Shown: positions 1 through 7,724 of the stretch, piece after piece
Numbering within the stretch: the stretch's first letter is position 1
Layout: each line of letters begins with the position of its first letter
Assembly: GCA_964652175.1 (NCBI GenBank)
Contig: CAZZBC010000001.1
Span: 1 to 38,386 of the forward strand
DNA length: 38,386 bases
DNA from: an uncultured Gammaproteobacteria bacterium
Lineage (GTDB): Bacteria; Patescibacteriota; Patescibacteriia; Patescibacteriales; JAKAJF01
Reading direction: 5' to 3'
Made by a program: the position numbers and the translations under genes
Notes under the pieces: generated by a model
Database searches by the model: none
What the model was told of the DNA's origin: nothing
The model's input: the letters and a program-made list of their open reading frames with translations, nothing else

Positions 1-884
1 CATCAACCATAACTACCCTTGGCACAATCGGCACCGGCACATGGAACGGCACGACAATTGCATTAGCCAATGGCGGAACCGGTGCCACGACCGCTTCCGG
101 AGCCCGAACAGCTTTGGGTTTGGGCACCATGGCTCTTGAAGCCAACACCGGCTCATCAACCATAACTACCCTTGGCACAATCGGCACCGGCACATGGAAC
201 GGCACGACGATTGGGGTGGCCTATGGAGGCACCGGATTGTCATCAATCGCCTCTGGCGTTATTATGTACACTTCCGGCGCCGATACAATCGCCACTTCAA
301 CCATCACCGCCGCCGGCAGAGCGATTCTTGACGACGCCGACGCCGCCGCGCAATTAACTACCCTGGGACTTACAGCCACGGCTGCTGAATTAAATTATAC
401 TGACGGTGTTACTTCCGCCATCCAAACTCAGCTTGACGCAAAGCAAGGAACCCTTACTAATTCTGCCGGACTTTTGGCTGCTCTTAGCGATGAAACAGGA
501 ACTGGCGTAGCGGTATTCAGCACGTCGCCTTCTTTCACCACGCCGGCTTTAGGCGCCGCTACTGCTACATCCATTGCGGTCGGCTCTGGCGGCACGGCAA
601 TTACAAAGCATCTCTCAGTCACTCAAGCTAATGTAGTTTCAGCTAGCATCGCAACTGTCACTTGCGGCAACTATGGCACAATTACTGTAACAGGAGCGGC
701 GGTTGGAGATACGGTTATCGCGAGTCCTACGGCTGTGGCTAGTGGAATTGAAACACTTAACCTTGGCTGGAGCGCTGCGGTTACCGGAGCAAATACGGTA
801 ACAATTCGCGCTTGCAATCCGACCGCAGGAGCAATTGACGCGCTTGATACCCAAACTTGGCGAGCTGATGTTTGGCAACACTAA
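1..884 (+). CDS. Gly/Thr/Ala-rich repeat protein, phage tail-fibre-like, 5'-truncated by the window edge
   Basis: The frame of track ORF 114..884 stays open back to nt 3, so Met114 is internal. A 51-codon unit repeats: nt 1-60 equals nt 154-213 with one mismatch (STITTLGTIGTGTWNGTTI). The ANGGTGATTASGARTALGLG-type motif is typical of tail-fibre/attachment proteins. TAA at 882-884. Confidence 0.6.
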   Translation, partial: STITTLGTIGTGTWNGTTIALANGGTGATTASGARTALGLGTMALEANTGSSTITTLGTIGTGTWNGTTIGVAYGGTGLSSIASGVIMYTSGADTIATSTITAAGRAILDDADAAAQLTTLGLTATAAELNYTDGVTSAIQTQLDAKQGTLTNSAGLLAALSDETGTGVAVFSTSPSFTTPALGAATATSIAVGSGGTAITKHLSVTQANVVSASIATVTCGNYGTITVTGAAVGDTVIASPTAVASGIETLNLGWSAAVTGANTVTIRACNPTAGAIDALDTQTWRADVWQH

Positions 885-914
885 TTAAAGCGATAAAACT
901 AATGGCGCGGGAAA

Positions 915-2084
915 ATGACAATTTCATTTCCCGTTCCTGAAATAACTATGACAAAAATCATTAGAACAACTGTTCTGGTTTTATCGCTCGCCGTCTCGCT
1001 TGCCATCGCTGATGCCGCTCTAGCCGCCAACGACCTAACGTTAAGCACTGACGCGATTATAGATTTATCCAGTCCGGACGTTAATTTAACGGTTCCTTCC
1101 GCTTCCACTGTGGACAGCTTGACCGTCAACACCGGTTCGCTGAACGTCACAATGTCCGACGGAGGAACGCTTACTCTGCGTTCAACCGACCGCAAAACCT
1201 TCACCCACAATTCCGGCGCTTTGGCCGTTGACATTACCTGCAACGATTCCTATTCACAAATCGCGGTAACGGCGGGCGCGAGCGTTTCCGGCAGTTCATT
1301 CACCATTACCGTATCAAGCGACACTTGCACGACAAGCGGAGGTTCAACCGGCGGAGGAGGCGGCGGAGGAGGCGGCGGCGCTGTAACGACCACTGTCCCG
1401 ACTCCGACCACGACAACCACGACAGAAACCACCCCGACTCCGACCACGACAACCACGACAGAAACCACTGTCGCCGCTGACGCGCGAGCCGCCCAATGGG
1501 AACAAGTGCTTACTGACGCCACGGCGGTTTACAGCGGAGACGTAAGTGCGGTTCTCTCCAATACGGGAGACGCGCGAAGCCTTACTTTGGAATCAAGCGC
1601 CGCTTCCGCCTACACCAAACCGCTTATTTCCGGAGTCAGCGGCGTCAGCGCCGCAACCACTAACGCCATTACGAACTTTGTGGCTTACGGCACCAAAGGC
1701 ACTGAAAGTCTGGGCGCCGGTGAAAGAGCTGGGGTGGTAAATTCCTATAAGTCGGCTTTCAGCAAGCTCCCTGCGGCCGAAAGCGAATGGAAAGACATTT
1801 TAGCCATCGCCAACGGACGTTGGCCCGGCGAAACAAGCGCCACCGCGGAAAGCAACGCTAAAACTGAATTTAAAAAGGTGTACTTAAAAGACGCTGACAT
1901 GAAAAACGCTTATGACAACGCCGCGGTTACCGTCATGGCTTACGGGCTTAGGCCGTCAAACCGAAATTTAAATTCGGAAAAAGCGGCCATTAAAACCTTT
2001 AAGGCAATCTACGGGCATAACCCTGTATCTGCGTTGGCATGGGACATAGTGAGAGCCATCGCTTATAGCGGAGCCAAAAGATAA
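915..2084 (+). CDS. Secreted protein with poly-Gly run and Thr/Pro-rich tandem linker; C-terminal domain of unknown function
   Basis: Track ORF 915..2084. The more plausible start is ATG 948 (MTKIIRTTVLVLSLAVSLAIADAALA, signal-peptide-like). A G10 run is followed by PTPTTTTTTETT x2 and a ~200-aa Ala/Ser-rich C-terminal part. No family recognised. Confidence 0.7.
   Translation: MTISFPVPEITMTKIIRTTVLVLSLAVSLAIADAALAANDLTLSTDAIIDLSSPDVNLTVPSASTVDSLTVNTGSLNVTMSDGGTLTLRSTDRKTFTHNSGALAVDITCNDSYSQIAVTAGASVSGSSFTITVSSDTCTTSGGSTGGGGGGGGGGAVTTTVPTPTTTTTTETTPTPTTTTTTETTVAADARAAQWEQVLTDATAVYSGDVSAVLSNTGDARSLTLESSAASAYTKPLISGVSGVSAATTNAITNFVAYGTKGTESLGAGERAGVVNSYKSAFSKLPAAESEWKDILAIANGRWPGETSATAESNAKTEFKKVYLKDADMKNAYDNAAVTVMAYGLRPSNRNLNSEKAAIKTFKAIYGHNPVSALAWDIVRAIAYSGAKR
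1397..1468 (+). repeat. Perfect 36-bp tandem duplication inside the CDS (encodes PTPTTTTTTETT twice)
   Basis: cccgactccgaccacgacaaccacgacagaaaccac at 1397-1432 is repeated exactly at 1433-1468. Confidence 0.9.
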
Positions 2085-2108
2085 ACAGCGATAAAACGCT
2101 TCTAAATA

Positions 2109-2141
2109 ACAAAAATCTCCCTGAACGGGAGATTTTTGTTA
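2109..2141 (+). terminator. Rho-independent terminator after the secreted-protein gene
   Basis: Stem aaaaatctccc (2111-2121) / gggagattttt (2127-2137), loop tgaac, T-run 2133-2140, 25 nt after the stop codon. Confidence 0.7.
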
Positions 2142-2160
2142 TTTGTATATTTATTTTTTA

Positions 2161-2244
2161 CCCCCTTTGTATAAAGGGGGTTAGGGGGATTTTTCTCTTT
2201 TCCACTTTAATAAAACCCCCTTCATCCCCCTTACTACAAGGGGG
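2161..2244. repeat. C5/G5 hairpin module, full inverted pair (copy A)
   Basis: Left arm 2161-2194 is ccccctttgtataaagggggttagggggatttt. Right arm 2212-2244, aaaacccccttcatcccccttactacaaggggg, is its approximate reverse complement. Same family as 10808-10891, 12724-12757 and 35271-35302. Confidence 0.85.
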
Positions 2245-2256
2245 AGACTTTAAATT

Positions 2257-2535
2257 CTATAAAACCGCTTCCTTGGCGGCCTTGGCGAGGCGGAATTTAA
2301 CCACCGTCTTGGCCGGAATTTGAATCTGTTCTCCGGTGGCCGGATTGCGGCCCATGCGGGCGGCTCTCTGCACCTTTACCATCTTGCCGAAGCCGGGAAC
2401 AACGAATACGCCGCTCTTTTTTACTTCCTTGTAAGCCATCTCCGTCATTTTGTCCATGACGGCGCCGACGTCCTTTTTGCTCAATCCCGCGCTTTCCGCG
2501 AGAGCGGCAATCATCTGAGATTTGGTCATTGCCAT
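2257..2535 (-). CDS. hup: HU-family DNA-binding protein
   Basis: 92 aa. MTKSQMIAALAESAGLSKKDVGAVMDKM...GFGKMVKVQRAARMGRNPATGEQIQIPAKTVVKFRLAKAAKEAV matches the HU/IHF fold signature. Confidence 0.9.
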   Translation of the reverse strand: MAMTKSQMIAALAESAGLSKKDVGAVMDKMTEMAYKEVKKSGVFVVPGFGKMVKVQRAARMGRNPATGEQIQIPAKTVVKFRLAKAAKEAVL

Positions 2536-2726
2536 AATTTTTATTTGAATATAAAATTATCTTATATTAGCAAAAATTTCTTTATTCTACCGCGGGATTC
2601 CGGCCGCGGATTTCATAAAAACAATTTTGCCAAAATGAATAATTTTATACTCAAACTCTTAAATAAAAGTTATCCACATTTCCATTATACATTAAATATA
2701 AAAAAACACCAATAAAATCAAGGGTA

Positions 2727-2800
2727 TGGCACGGGATGAGGGAATCGGACCCCCGACCGCGGTTTTGGAGACCGCTGTTATACCACTTAACTAATCCCGC
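2727..2800 (-). tRNA. trnW: tRNA-Trp (anticodon CCA), CCA end encoded
   Basis: Minus strand reads GCGGGAT-TA-GTTAAGTGGTATAAC-A-GCGGT-CTCCAAA-ACCGC-GGTC-GGGGG-TCCGATT-CCCTC-ATCCCGT-G-CCA, a 74-nt cloverleaf. The T-loop has C where U55 is expected. Confidence 0.9.
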
Positions 2801-2866
2801 AAATCATCTCGCCCTTCGCGAAGGGCGGGGTTGGAGACCATTGTGATACCGTTTCACCACGCCCGC
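2801..2866 (-). pseudogene. tRNA-Trp-like 5' half fused to a GC hairpin (truncated tRNA copy)
   Basis: GCGGGCGTGGTGAAACGGTATCACAATGGTCTCCAACCCCGC aligns with the first 42 nt of the adjacent tRNA-Trp (~30/42 by eye, same CTCCAA anticodon loop). The 3' half is replaced by the palindrome CGCCCTTCGCGAAGGGCG, and there is no acceptor 3' strand. Confidence 0.35.
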
Positions 2867-2929
2867 AAATTAGATGACAGAGAACAGACAACAAACGATA
2901 GGCAGAATTTCTGTTATCTGTTATCTAAA

Positions 2930-3085
2930 TTACTTCGTTTCCTTGTGCGGAATGTGCTTGCCGCAATGCTTGCAAAATTTCTTCAACTCAATCCTGTTTT
3001 TGAGAGTTTTTTTATTTTTGCGGGAAAAATAATTAACTCTCTTGCAGCTCGTGCATTCCAATTTAATCATGTTTTCTTGACTCAT
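2930..3085 (-). CDS. rpmG: 50S ribosomal protein L33 (zinc-ribbon type)
   Basis: Missed by the >=60-aa track. Minus-strand ATG at 3085 gives [51 protein letters not shown], then TAA (51 aa, CxxC...CxxC). Confidence 0.9.
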   Translation of the reverse strand: MSQENMIKLECTSCKRVNYFSRKNKKTLKNRIELKKFCKHCGKHIPHKETK

Positions 3086-3132
3086 ATAGAATTTTAAGTT
3101 TTAAAATTTAAAATTTGTTATTTAAAATTATT

Positions 3133-3987
3133 TTATCTCTGGCATTTGTCGCAATAATAAGTTCCGCGCCCCCCTATCCTGATCTTTTTTATAACGCCGC
3201 CGCATCGGCCGCATTCCTCCCCTTTTCTGCCATAAACCCTTAAACGACTCCTGAAATTGCCCTGCCGGCCTGCGGCGTCCCGATAATCGTTAAAAGTTGT
3301 CCCTCTGTATTTTATCGCTTTTTTTAAAACCCTGGAAACGGCTTTAAAAATCATCTTAACTTCCAATTCTTTTAGGGTATTAATTTTTCTTTGCGGTCTT
3401 ACGCGGGCCTCAAAAAGTATTTCGTCGGCGTAAATATTGCCGATGCCGGCTATCAATTCTTGATTAAAGAGCAACTGTTTGATATTCCCCTTCTTTCCTT
3501 CGATAATTTTCTTGAATCTATTTAAAGTGAATTCCTTGGACAGCGGTTCAACCCCATAACCTTCCGCGACTTTTTCCAGTTCTTCTTTGCCAACAATTTT
3601 CATGTAACCAAATCGCCTGACATCGTTAAAAAACAACATTGATCCGTCGCTGAATTTAAAAGTGGCGCGGGTGAATTTATTCGGCAATTTTTCACCCAAT
3701 ACTGGTTCATCATGCCCGCCTGCCACAATTTTCTTCCTGCTCGCATAAATCAACTGTCCCGTCATTTTAAGATGAACCAATAAATAATTTTTTTCATCCA
3801 ACGCAAATATCAACAACTTGCCTGTTCTTTTAATATTTCTCACGCCATTCCCTTTTAAAATTTTCAAAAAACTATTGTAATCGCTTTTAACCAACTTTCT
3901 GTCAGCTTCAACGCCGGCAATTTTCTTATATAAAACTACCTTATTAAGATCATTCCTAATTGTTTCTACCTCCGGCAATTCCGGCAT
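3133..3987 (-). CDS. mutM: Formamidopyrimidine-DNA glycosylase
   Basis: An MPELPEVE N-terminus is required for catalytic Pro2, so the start is taken at 3987, not the track Met at 3993. H2TH region and C-terminal zinc finger CGRCGGVIKKIRIGGRGTYYCDKCQ. Confidence 0.9.
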   Translation of the reverse strand: MPELPEVETIRNDLNKVVLYKKIAGVEADRKLVKSDYNSFLKILKGNGVRNIKRTGKLLIFALDEKNYLLVHLKMTGQLIYASRKKIVAGGHDEPVLGEKLPNKFTRATFKFSDGSMLFFNDVRRFGYMKIVGKEELEKVAEGYGVEPLSKEFTLNRFKKIIEGKKGNIKQLLFNQELIAGIGNIYADEILFEARVRPQRKINTLKELEVKMIFKAVSRVLKKAIKYRGTTFNDYRDAAGRQGNFRSRLRVYGRKGEECGRCGGVIKKIRIGGRGTYYCDKCQR

Positions 3988-4033
3988 ATTCAAAATTTTT
4001 TATTTTTTATATTTTATATTTAATTTTTCAATG

Positions 4034-4116
4034 TGGGCCGGGAAGGATTTGCACCTTCGAAGGCATAAGCCAGCAGATTTACAGTCTGCCCCAGTTGGCT
4101 GCTTTGGTACCGACCC
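4034..4116 (-). tRNA. trnY: tRNA-Tyr (anticodon GTA), long variable arm, no encoded CCA
   Basis: GGGTCGG...GCAGA-CTGTAAA-TCTGC-TGGCTTATGCC..GAAGG-TGCAAAT-CCTTC-CCGGCCC-A, close to the E. coli tRNA-Tyr layout. The T-loop has G where U55 is expected. Confidence 0.9.
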
Positions 4117-4117
4117 A

Positions 4118-4193
4118 TGGAGCCGACGACCAGATTTGAACTGGTGACCTACTCCTTACCATGGAGTTGCTCTACCAACTGAGCTACGTCGGC
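4118..4193 (-). tRNA. trnT: tRNA-Thr (anticodon GGT), CCA encoded
   Basis: GCCGACG-TA-GCTCAGTTGGTAGAGC-A-ACTCC-ATGGTAA-GGAGT-AGGTC-ACCAG-TTCAAAT-CTGGT-CGTCGGC-T-CCA, a canonical 76-nt cloverleaf. Confidence 0.95.
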
Positions 4194-4202
4194 AAATAAA
4201 AA

Positions 4203-4226
4203 AATTTTCAATTTTCAATTTTCAAT
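4203..4226. repeat. Heptanucleotide tandem repeat (TTTTCAA)n, reverse complement of the AATTGAA repeat
   Basis: attttcaattttcaattttcaatt lies immediately 5' (minus-strand sense) of tRNA-Thr. The same heptamer occurs at 15388-15420 and 20823-20841. Confidence 0.8.
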
Positions 4227-4269
4227 TATTTATTCAGAAGTTTGAAAACTAAAAAATGACCATTGAAAA

Positions 4270-5052
4270 TTAATCAAGCGATTTTATTTGCTCTTCAAAC
4301 TCCTCCAATTTTTGGTTTTCCGGATTAACTTCTTTCAGTTTTTCATACGCCTCGCGAGCGCCTGTTTTATCCTTCTTTATTATACTAATTTCAAGTTTTG
4401 TGTCAAGATAACGGGGGTTATTTGGCTCAAGGTCCAGGGCTTTATTAATATTATTTATCGCCCCGCCAAAATCGCCTTGAGCTTCGCAAATGGAAGCTGT
4501 GCTAAAATAAATCTCGCTATCGTCTCCGGCTAACTTTAAAACATGTTTAAGGGTTTGTTTGGCATTGTTATAATTTTTATCCTTAAAATAAAGACGGCCC
4601 AACATTTTAAAAGCTTCTACATTCTTATGATCCAGGCTGATAATTTCAATAAGCTTTTTTTCCGCCGCTTTTGATTCGTCTCGCGCGCTTAGCTCCTCCG
4701 CTTCCTTGAATAACTGCTCTATTTTCTGCTTGGCTGAAACTGAACCGCCATCGCTTAAAATAATTTCCTTTTTGTATCTCTCTTTTAATTCGTGGAGCTT
4801 ATTATGTATTAACTTAAACAAACTGTTAATCGCCTCTCCCGCCGGCCTTATCGCCCTCGTTATTTTGGAGCGCCACTTTATAAATCCTCTTTTTAACCGC
4901 TCGCCGATAATCCGCTCCTTGAATCTGCCTTCTTTTTCGGCGGGCATATTCCTAATGTCTATATTGGCTAAAACCGGAAACTTTCTCACAATAACAATAA
5001 TAATAACGCTTAAGCTTATTAAAATTAAAATTATCGGGATTATGTCGTACAT
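4270..5052 (-). CDS. Membrane-anchored TPR-repeat protein
   Basis: N-terminal TM helix MYDIIPIILILISLSVIIIVIV. C-terminal TPR-like repeats (AFKMLGRLYFKDKNYNNAKQTLKHVLKL; FSTASICEAQGDFGGAINNINKALDLEPNN). Confidence 0.75.
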   Translation of the reverse strand: MYDIIPIILILISLSVIIIVIVRKFPVLANIDIRNMPAEKEGRFKERIIGERLKRGFIKWRSKITRAIRPAGEAINSLFKLIHNKLHELKERYKKEIILSDGGSVSAKQKIEQLFKEAEELSARDESKAAEKKLIEIISLDHKNVEAFKMLGRLYFKDKNYNNAKQTLKHVLKLAGDDSEIYFSTASICEAQGDFGGAINNINKALDLEPNNPRYLDTKLEISIIKKDKTGAREAYEKLKEVNPENQKLEEFEEQIKSLD

Positions 5053-5060
5053 ATTGGATG

Positions 5061-5936
5061 CTATATTTCCGCCTCGCTTATATTAATGCGGTTGGCGCTG
5101 CCGAACAGCCTCATTTTATCATAAACAACTTCTTCAACCGCCGCGATAGTCGGTTTTAACAAATTCCGCGGATCCGTTTCTTTTTTATTTTTCGCGCAAA
5201 CCCTTATAAGGGTTTGGCAAAAGGCGATTTTTATGTCGCTGCCGATATTTATTATATTGACTCCCGCCCTAATCGCTTTTTTTATCTTAAAATCGCTAAC
5301 GCCGGAACCGCCGTGCAAAACAAAAGGCAATTTTGTTTTTGCTTTTATTTTCTTAAGCAAATCAAATCGTATGTCTTCGTTTTTATAAACGCCGTGCGCC
5401 GTTCCGACAGCCGCCGCGATGATATTAACCCCCGTTGCTTGAACAAATTTAACCACGTCATCCAGGTTGGCCAAAGGGATATTTTTTATTTTTCCGCTTA
5501 ACCGGCCATGGCCGCCCGTTATAATCCCCACTTCTCCCTGCACCCAAACCTTTCTTGGGCGGGCTACCTCAATCACTTGCTTGGTTAAAATTATATTTTC
5601 ATCCAAAGGCAAGTCTGAGGCGTCAATGTGCACGGAAGTAAAACCGGCATTTATACATTCAAAAACCGACTTTAAGCTTTTGCCGTGGTCCAAATGCAGG
5701 GCGACCGGAACTTTGGCGGCGATATTTTTCGCCGCCGTGGAAACCAAATGGGTAATCGGCTTAAGCCCCATGTACTTGATGGTGCTTTCCGAAACCTGAA
5801 TAATAACCGGCGACTTGGCGCGGACCGCCGCCTGGGCTACTCCTAAAAGCGATTCAATGTTATGGATATTGAAAGCGCCGACGGCGTACTTTTTCTTTTC
5901 CGCGTCTTTGATTATGTCCTTTATGTGAACAAGCAT
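5061..5936 (-). CDS. fba: Class II fructose/tagatose-bisphosphate aldolase
   Basis: YAVGAFNIHNIE, VALHLDHG, FTSVHIDAS and LVLHGGSG-type motifs (VLHGGSGV here); 291 aa. Confidence 0.9.
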   Translation of the reverse strand: MLVHIKDIIKDAEKKKYAVGAFNIHNIESLLGVAQAAVRAKSPVIIQVSESTIKYMGLKPITHLVSTAAKNIAAKVPVALHLDHGKSLKSVFECINAGFTSVHIDASDLPLDENIILTKQVIEVARPRKVWVQGEVGIITGGHGRLSGKIKNIPLANLDDVVKFVQATGVNIIAAAVGTAHGVYKNEDIRFDLLKKIKAKTKLPFVLHGGSGVSDFKIKKAIRAGVNIINIGSDIKIAFCQTLIRVCAKNKKETDPRNLLKPTIAAVEEVVYDKMRLFGSANRINISEAEI

Positions 5937-6736
5937 ATTGTTTTTGCCACTTTATAAAACTCGTCCGCGTCCAAACTTGCCCCGCCGACCAACAAGCCGT
6001 CAAGATTTTCCAGGCCGGCGAAATCTTTAACGTTTTTGCCGGATATGCTTCCGCCGTAAACAACGCGAAAATTATTTTTCACCAGTTCCGCGTTGAACAT
6101 ATCCCGCAGCGTAAGCTTAATGATCTTATGGGCGTATTCGGCTTCGGATGGTTCAATGGACGAGCCCGTGCCAATAGCCCAAATCGGCTCATAAGCGATA
6201 ATAATTTGCTCCTTGCCCATTATCTCAAGTCCGCCTAAAGCTTTCTGTAATTGATCCACCAAAACAAAATCTCGCCGGTCAGTCATTCTTTCATTCCAGC
6301 TTTCACCAATACAGACAATGGGGGTTAATCCTTCGGTATTTAAAACTGACCTTGTTTTTTTATAGATAATCTCGTAATTTTCCAGTAAATATTTGCGGCG
6401 TTCCGAGTGTCCGATAATAACATACCTGCAACTCGCTTCCTTCAGCATGCTCGCGGAAACCTCGCCCGTGTAAGCGCCTTTTTCTTCCCAAAAAACATTT
6501 TGGGCGCCTAATTTTATCGGGCTCCCCTTTAAAATTTTCTCAACGTCCCTAAGGGACGCGAGATTGGGACATATTGCTATCTCTCCTTTTTTGAAGCCAG
6601 AAAATTTTTCCTTCATTTTCTTGGCCAAGCCCATCGTCTCGGCCAAAGACAGCTGCATTTTCCAGTTGGCTATAACGATTTTACTCTTCTTTGTTTTATT
6701 TTTTTTCATATTTATAGACTTTGTGGGAATTACCAC
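5921..6736 (-). CDS. tpiA: Triosephosphate isomerase
   Basis: IVIANWKM, VIIGHSERR, IAYEPIWAIGTG and VVYGGSI motifs. The start could instead be Met10 (6709). Overlaps the fba start by 16 nt. Confidence 0.9.
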   Translation of the reverse strand: MVIPTKSINMKKNKTKKSKIVIANWKMQLSLAETMGLAKKMKEKFSGFKKGEIAICPNLASLRDVEKILKGSPIKLGAQNVFWEEKGAYTGEVSASMLKEASCRYVIIGHSERRKYLLENYEIIYKKTRSVLNTEGLTPIVCIGESWNERMTDRRDFVLVDQLQKALGGLEIMGKEQIIIAYEPIWAIGTGSSIEPSEAEYAHKIIKLTLRDMFNAELVKNNFRVVYGGSISGKNVKDFAGLENLDGLLVGGASLDADEFYKVAKTICLFT

Positions 6737-7710
6737 TGATAACTCTTATACGCCCAATTAACCAAATCGTGCGTTTCCCTAAAGCGTTGGTCATTGCCGG
6801 AATTGCCTAAAACAACGGAAATTACTTCGCGGTTTTGATGGTCAATAAATTTTCCGGCGAAGCAATAACCGGCCGCTTCCGTGAATCCCGTTTTTCCTCC
6901 CAGTATCTTTATGCCGTTTTGCGGAAATAAATCCAATAAACTATCAGTATTATAAATAACCTTTTTTCTGCCCTCTAAAGTACTGAATTCGTACCTTTTA
7001 GTTAATGTCGCTTCGTTAATGTCTTTATTGGCGAGGGCGATTTCCGCGATCTTGGCCACTTCTCTGGCGGTAGAAACATTGCCATTGTCCAAACCTATGG
7101 AATCTTTAAAAATTGTATTGTTTAATCCCAACTCTTGCGCTTTATCAGCCATTTTTTGGACAAACTCTTCTTCCTTCATGCCCGTTGACCCCACCAAAGC
7201 GGCCGTGGCGACATTGTCCGAGGCAACCAAGCTGGAATAAAAAAGGTCTTTGATTTTAATTTTTTCGCCTGTAAACAAATAGGCCTTCCCTCCCTCTCGT
7301 TTGTCGCCGCTTTTAATTTGATAAATGCTTTCCCAACCCGGATTATATTAAAGAAAAACAAAAGCGGTCACAAATCTGGTGATGCAGGCGACAGGTCTTG
7401 CTTAGTCGGCATTTTTTTCAAAAAGCGGCTTTAAGCTTTCAACATCCATAATTACTCCGCTCGCGCTTCCCAATTCAAAATTTTCCGCGCCTTCCAGCTT
7501 AACCGGCCCGGCCGGCTTATTGTCGTTGGCAGGCAGTTGGTTGCGGGATCGCATTATATTTTTCACATCTTCCGCAATATTTAAAATCTGCCCCCTTGCC
7601 GCCTCGGGCGCGCGCAACGATATTTCGCCCAATCCCAAAAAATTATTAGTGAAACTAAAATTAAAAAGTGTAAAAAAAATTATTAAGCTGGCGACAGTTG
7701 AAAAAAACAT
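6730..7710 (-). pseudogene. D-alanyl-D-alanine carboxypeptidase (peptidase S11 family) with two in-frame TAA stops
   Basis: Track ORFs 7402..7710 and 6730..7278 are in the same frame. The joined translation reads ...LFEKNAD*ARPVACITRFVTAFVFL*YNPGW...LVASDNVA, with stops at 7402-7404 and 7348-7350. The expected SxxK box reads CITR; the SxN box (SDN) is intact. Confidence 0.7.
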
Positions 7711-7724
7711 TTAGATATTAGAAA

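Noticed and set aside
1-213. Possible diversity-generating retroelement TR/VR pair (near-identical 60-nt repeats differing at an A)
   Set aside because: There is only one mismatch, and the similarity stops after 60 nt. Both copies are in-frame units of the same repeat protein, and no reverse transcriptase or adenine-specific substitution pattern is visible in the window.
1250-1522. 90-aa minus-strand ORF rich in Val/Pro
   Set aside because: It is the antisense translation of the poly-Gly and Thr/Pro tandem-repeat region of the 915..2084 gene.
2161-2866. Prophage or island boundary (att site) at tRNA-Trp explaining the GC-richer left block
   Set aside because: The duplicated tRNA piece is the 5' half and directly abuts the intact gene, rather than a 3'-half repeat at a distant island end. 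The HU gene lies in between, and no integrase is visible. It is kept only as a low-weight possibility under the tRNA-like finding.
2831-3097. 88-aa plus-strand ORF
   Set aside because: It is antisense to rpmG (2930-3085) and to the tRNA-like fragment. The real gene here is the 51-aa L33 on the minus strand.
7348-7404. Stop-codon reassignment (TAA as sense) to explain the in-frame stops in the DD-carboxypeptidase
   Set aside because: TAA terminates several well-supported genes here (the first CDS at 882-884, rpmG, ruvX, rplD and others). The catalytic SxxK box is also mutated, so a pseudogene is the simpler reading. Likewise there is no sign of code 4 or 25: tRNA-Trp has anticodon CCA and TGA ends ORFs.
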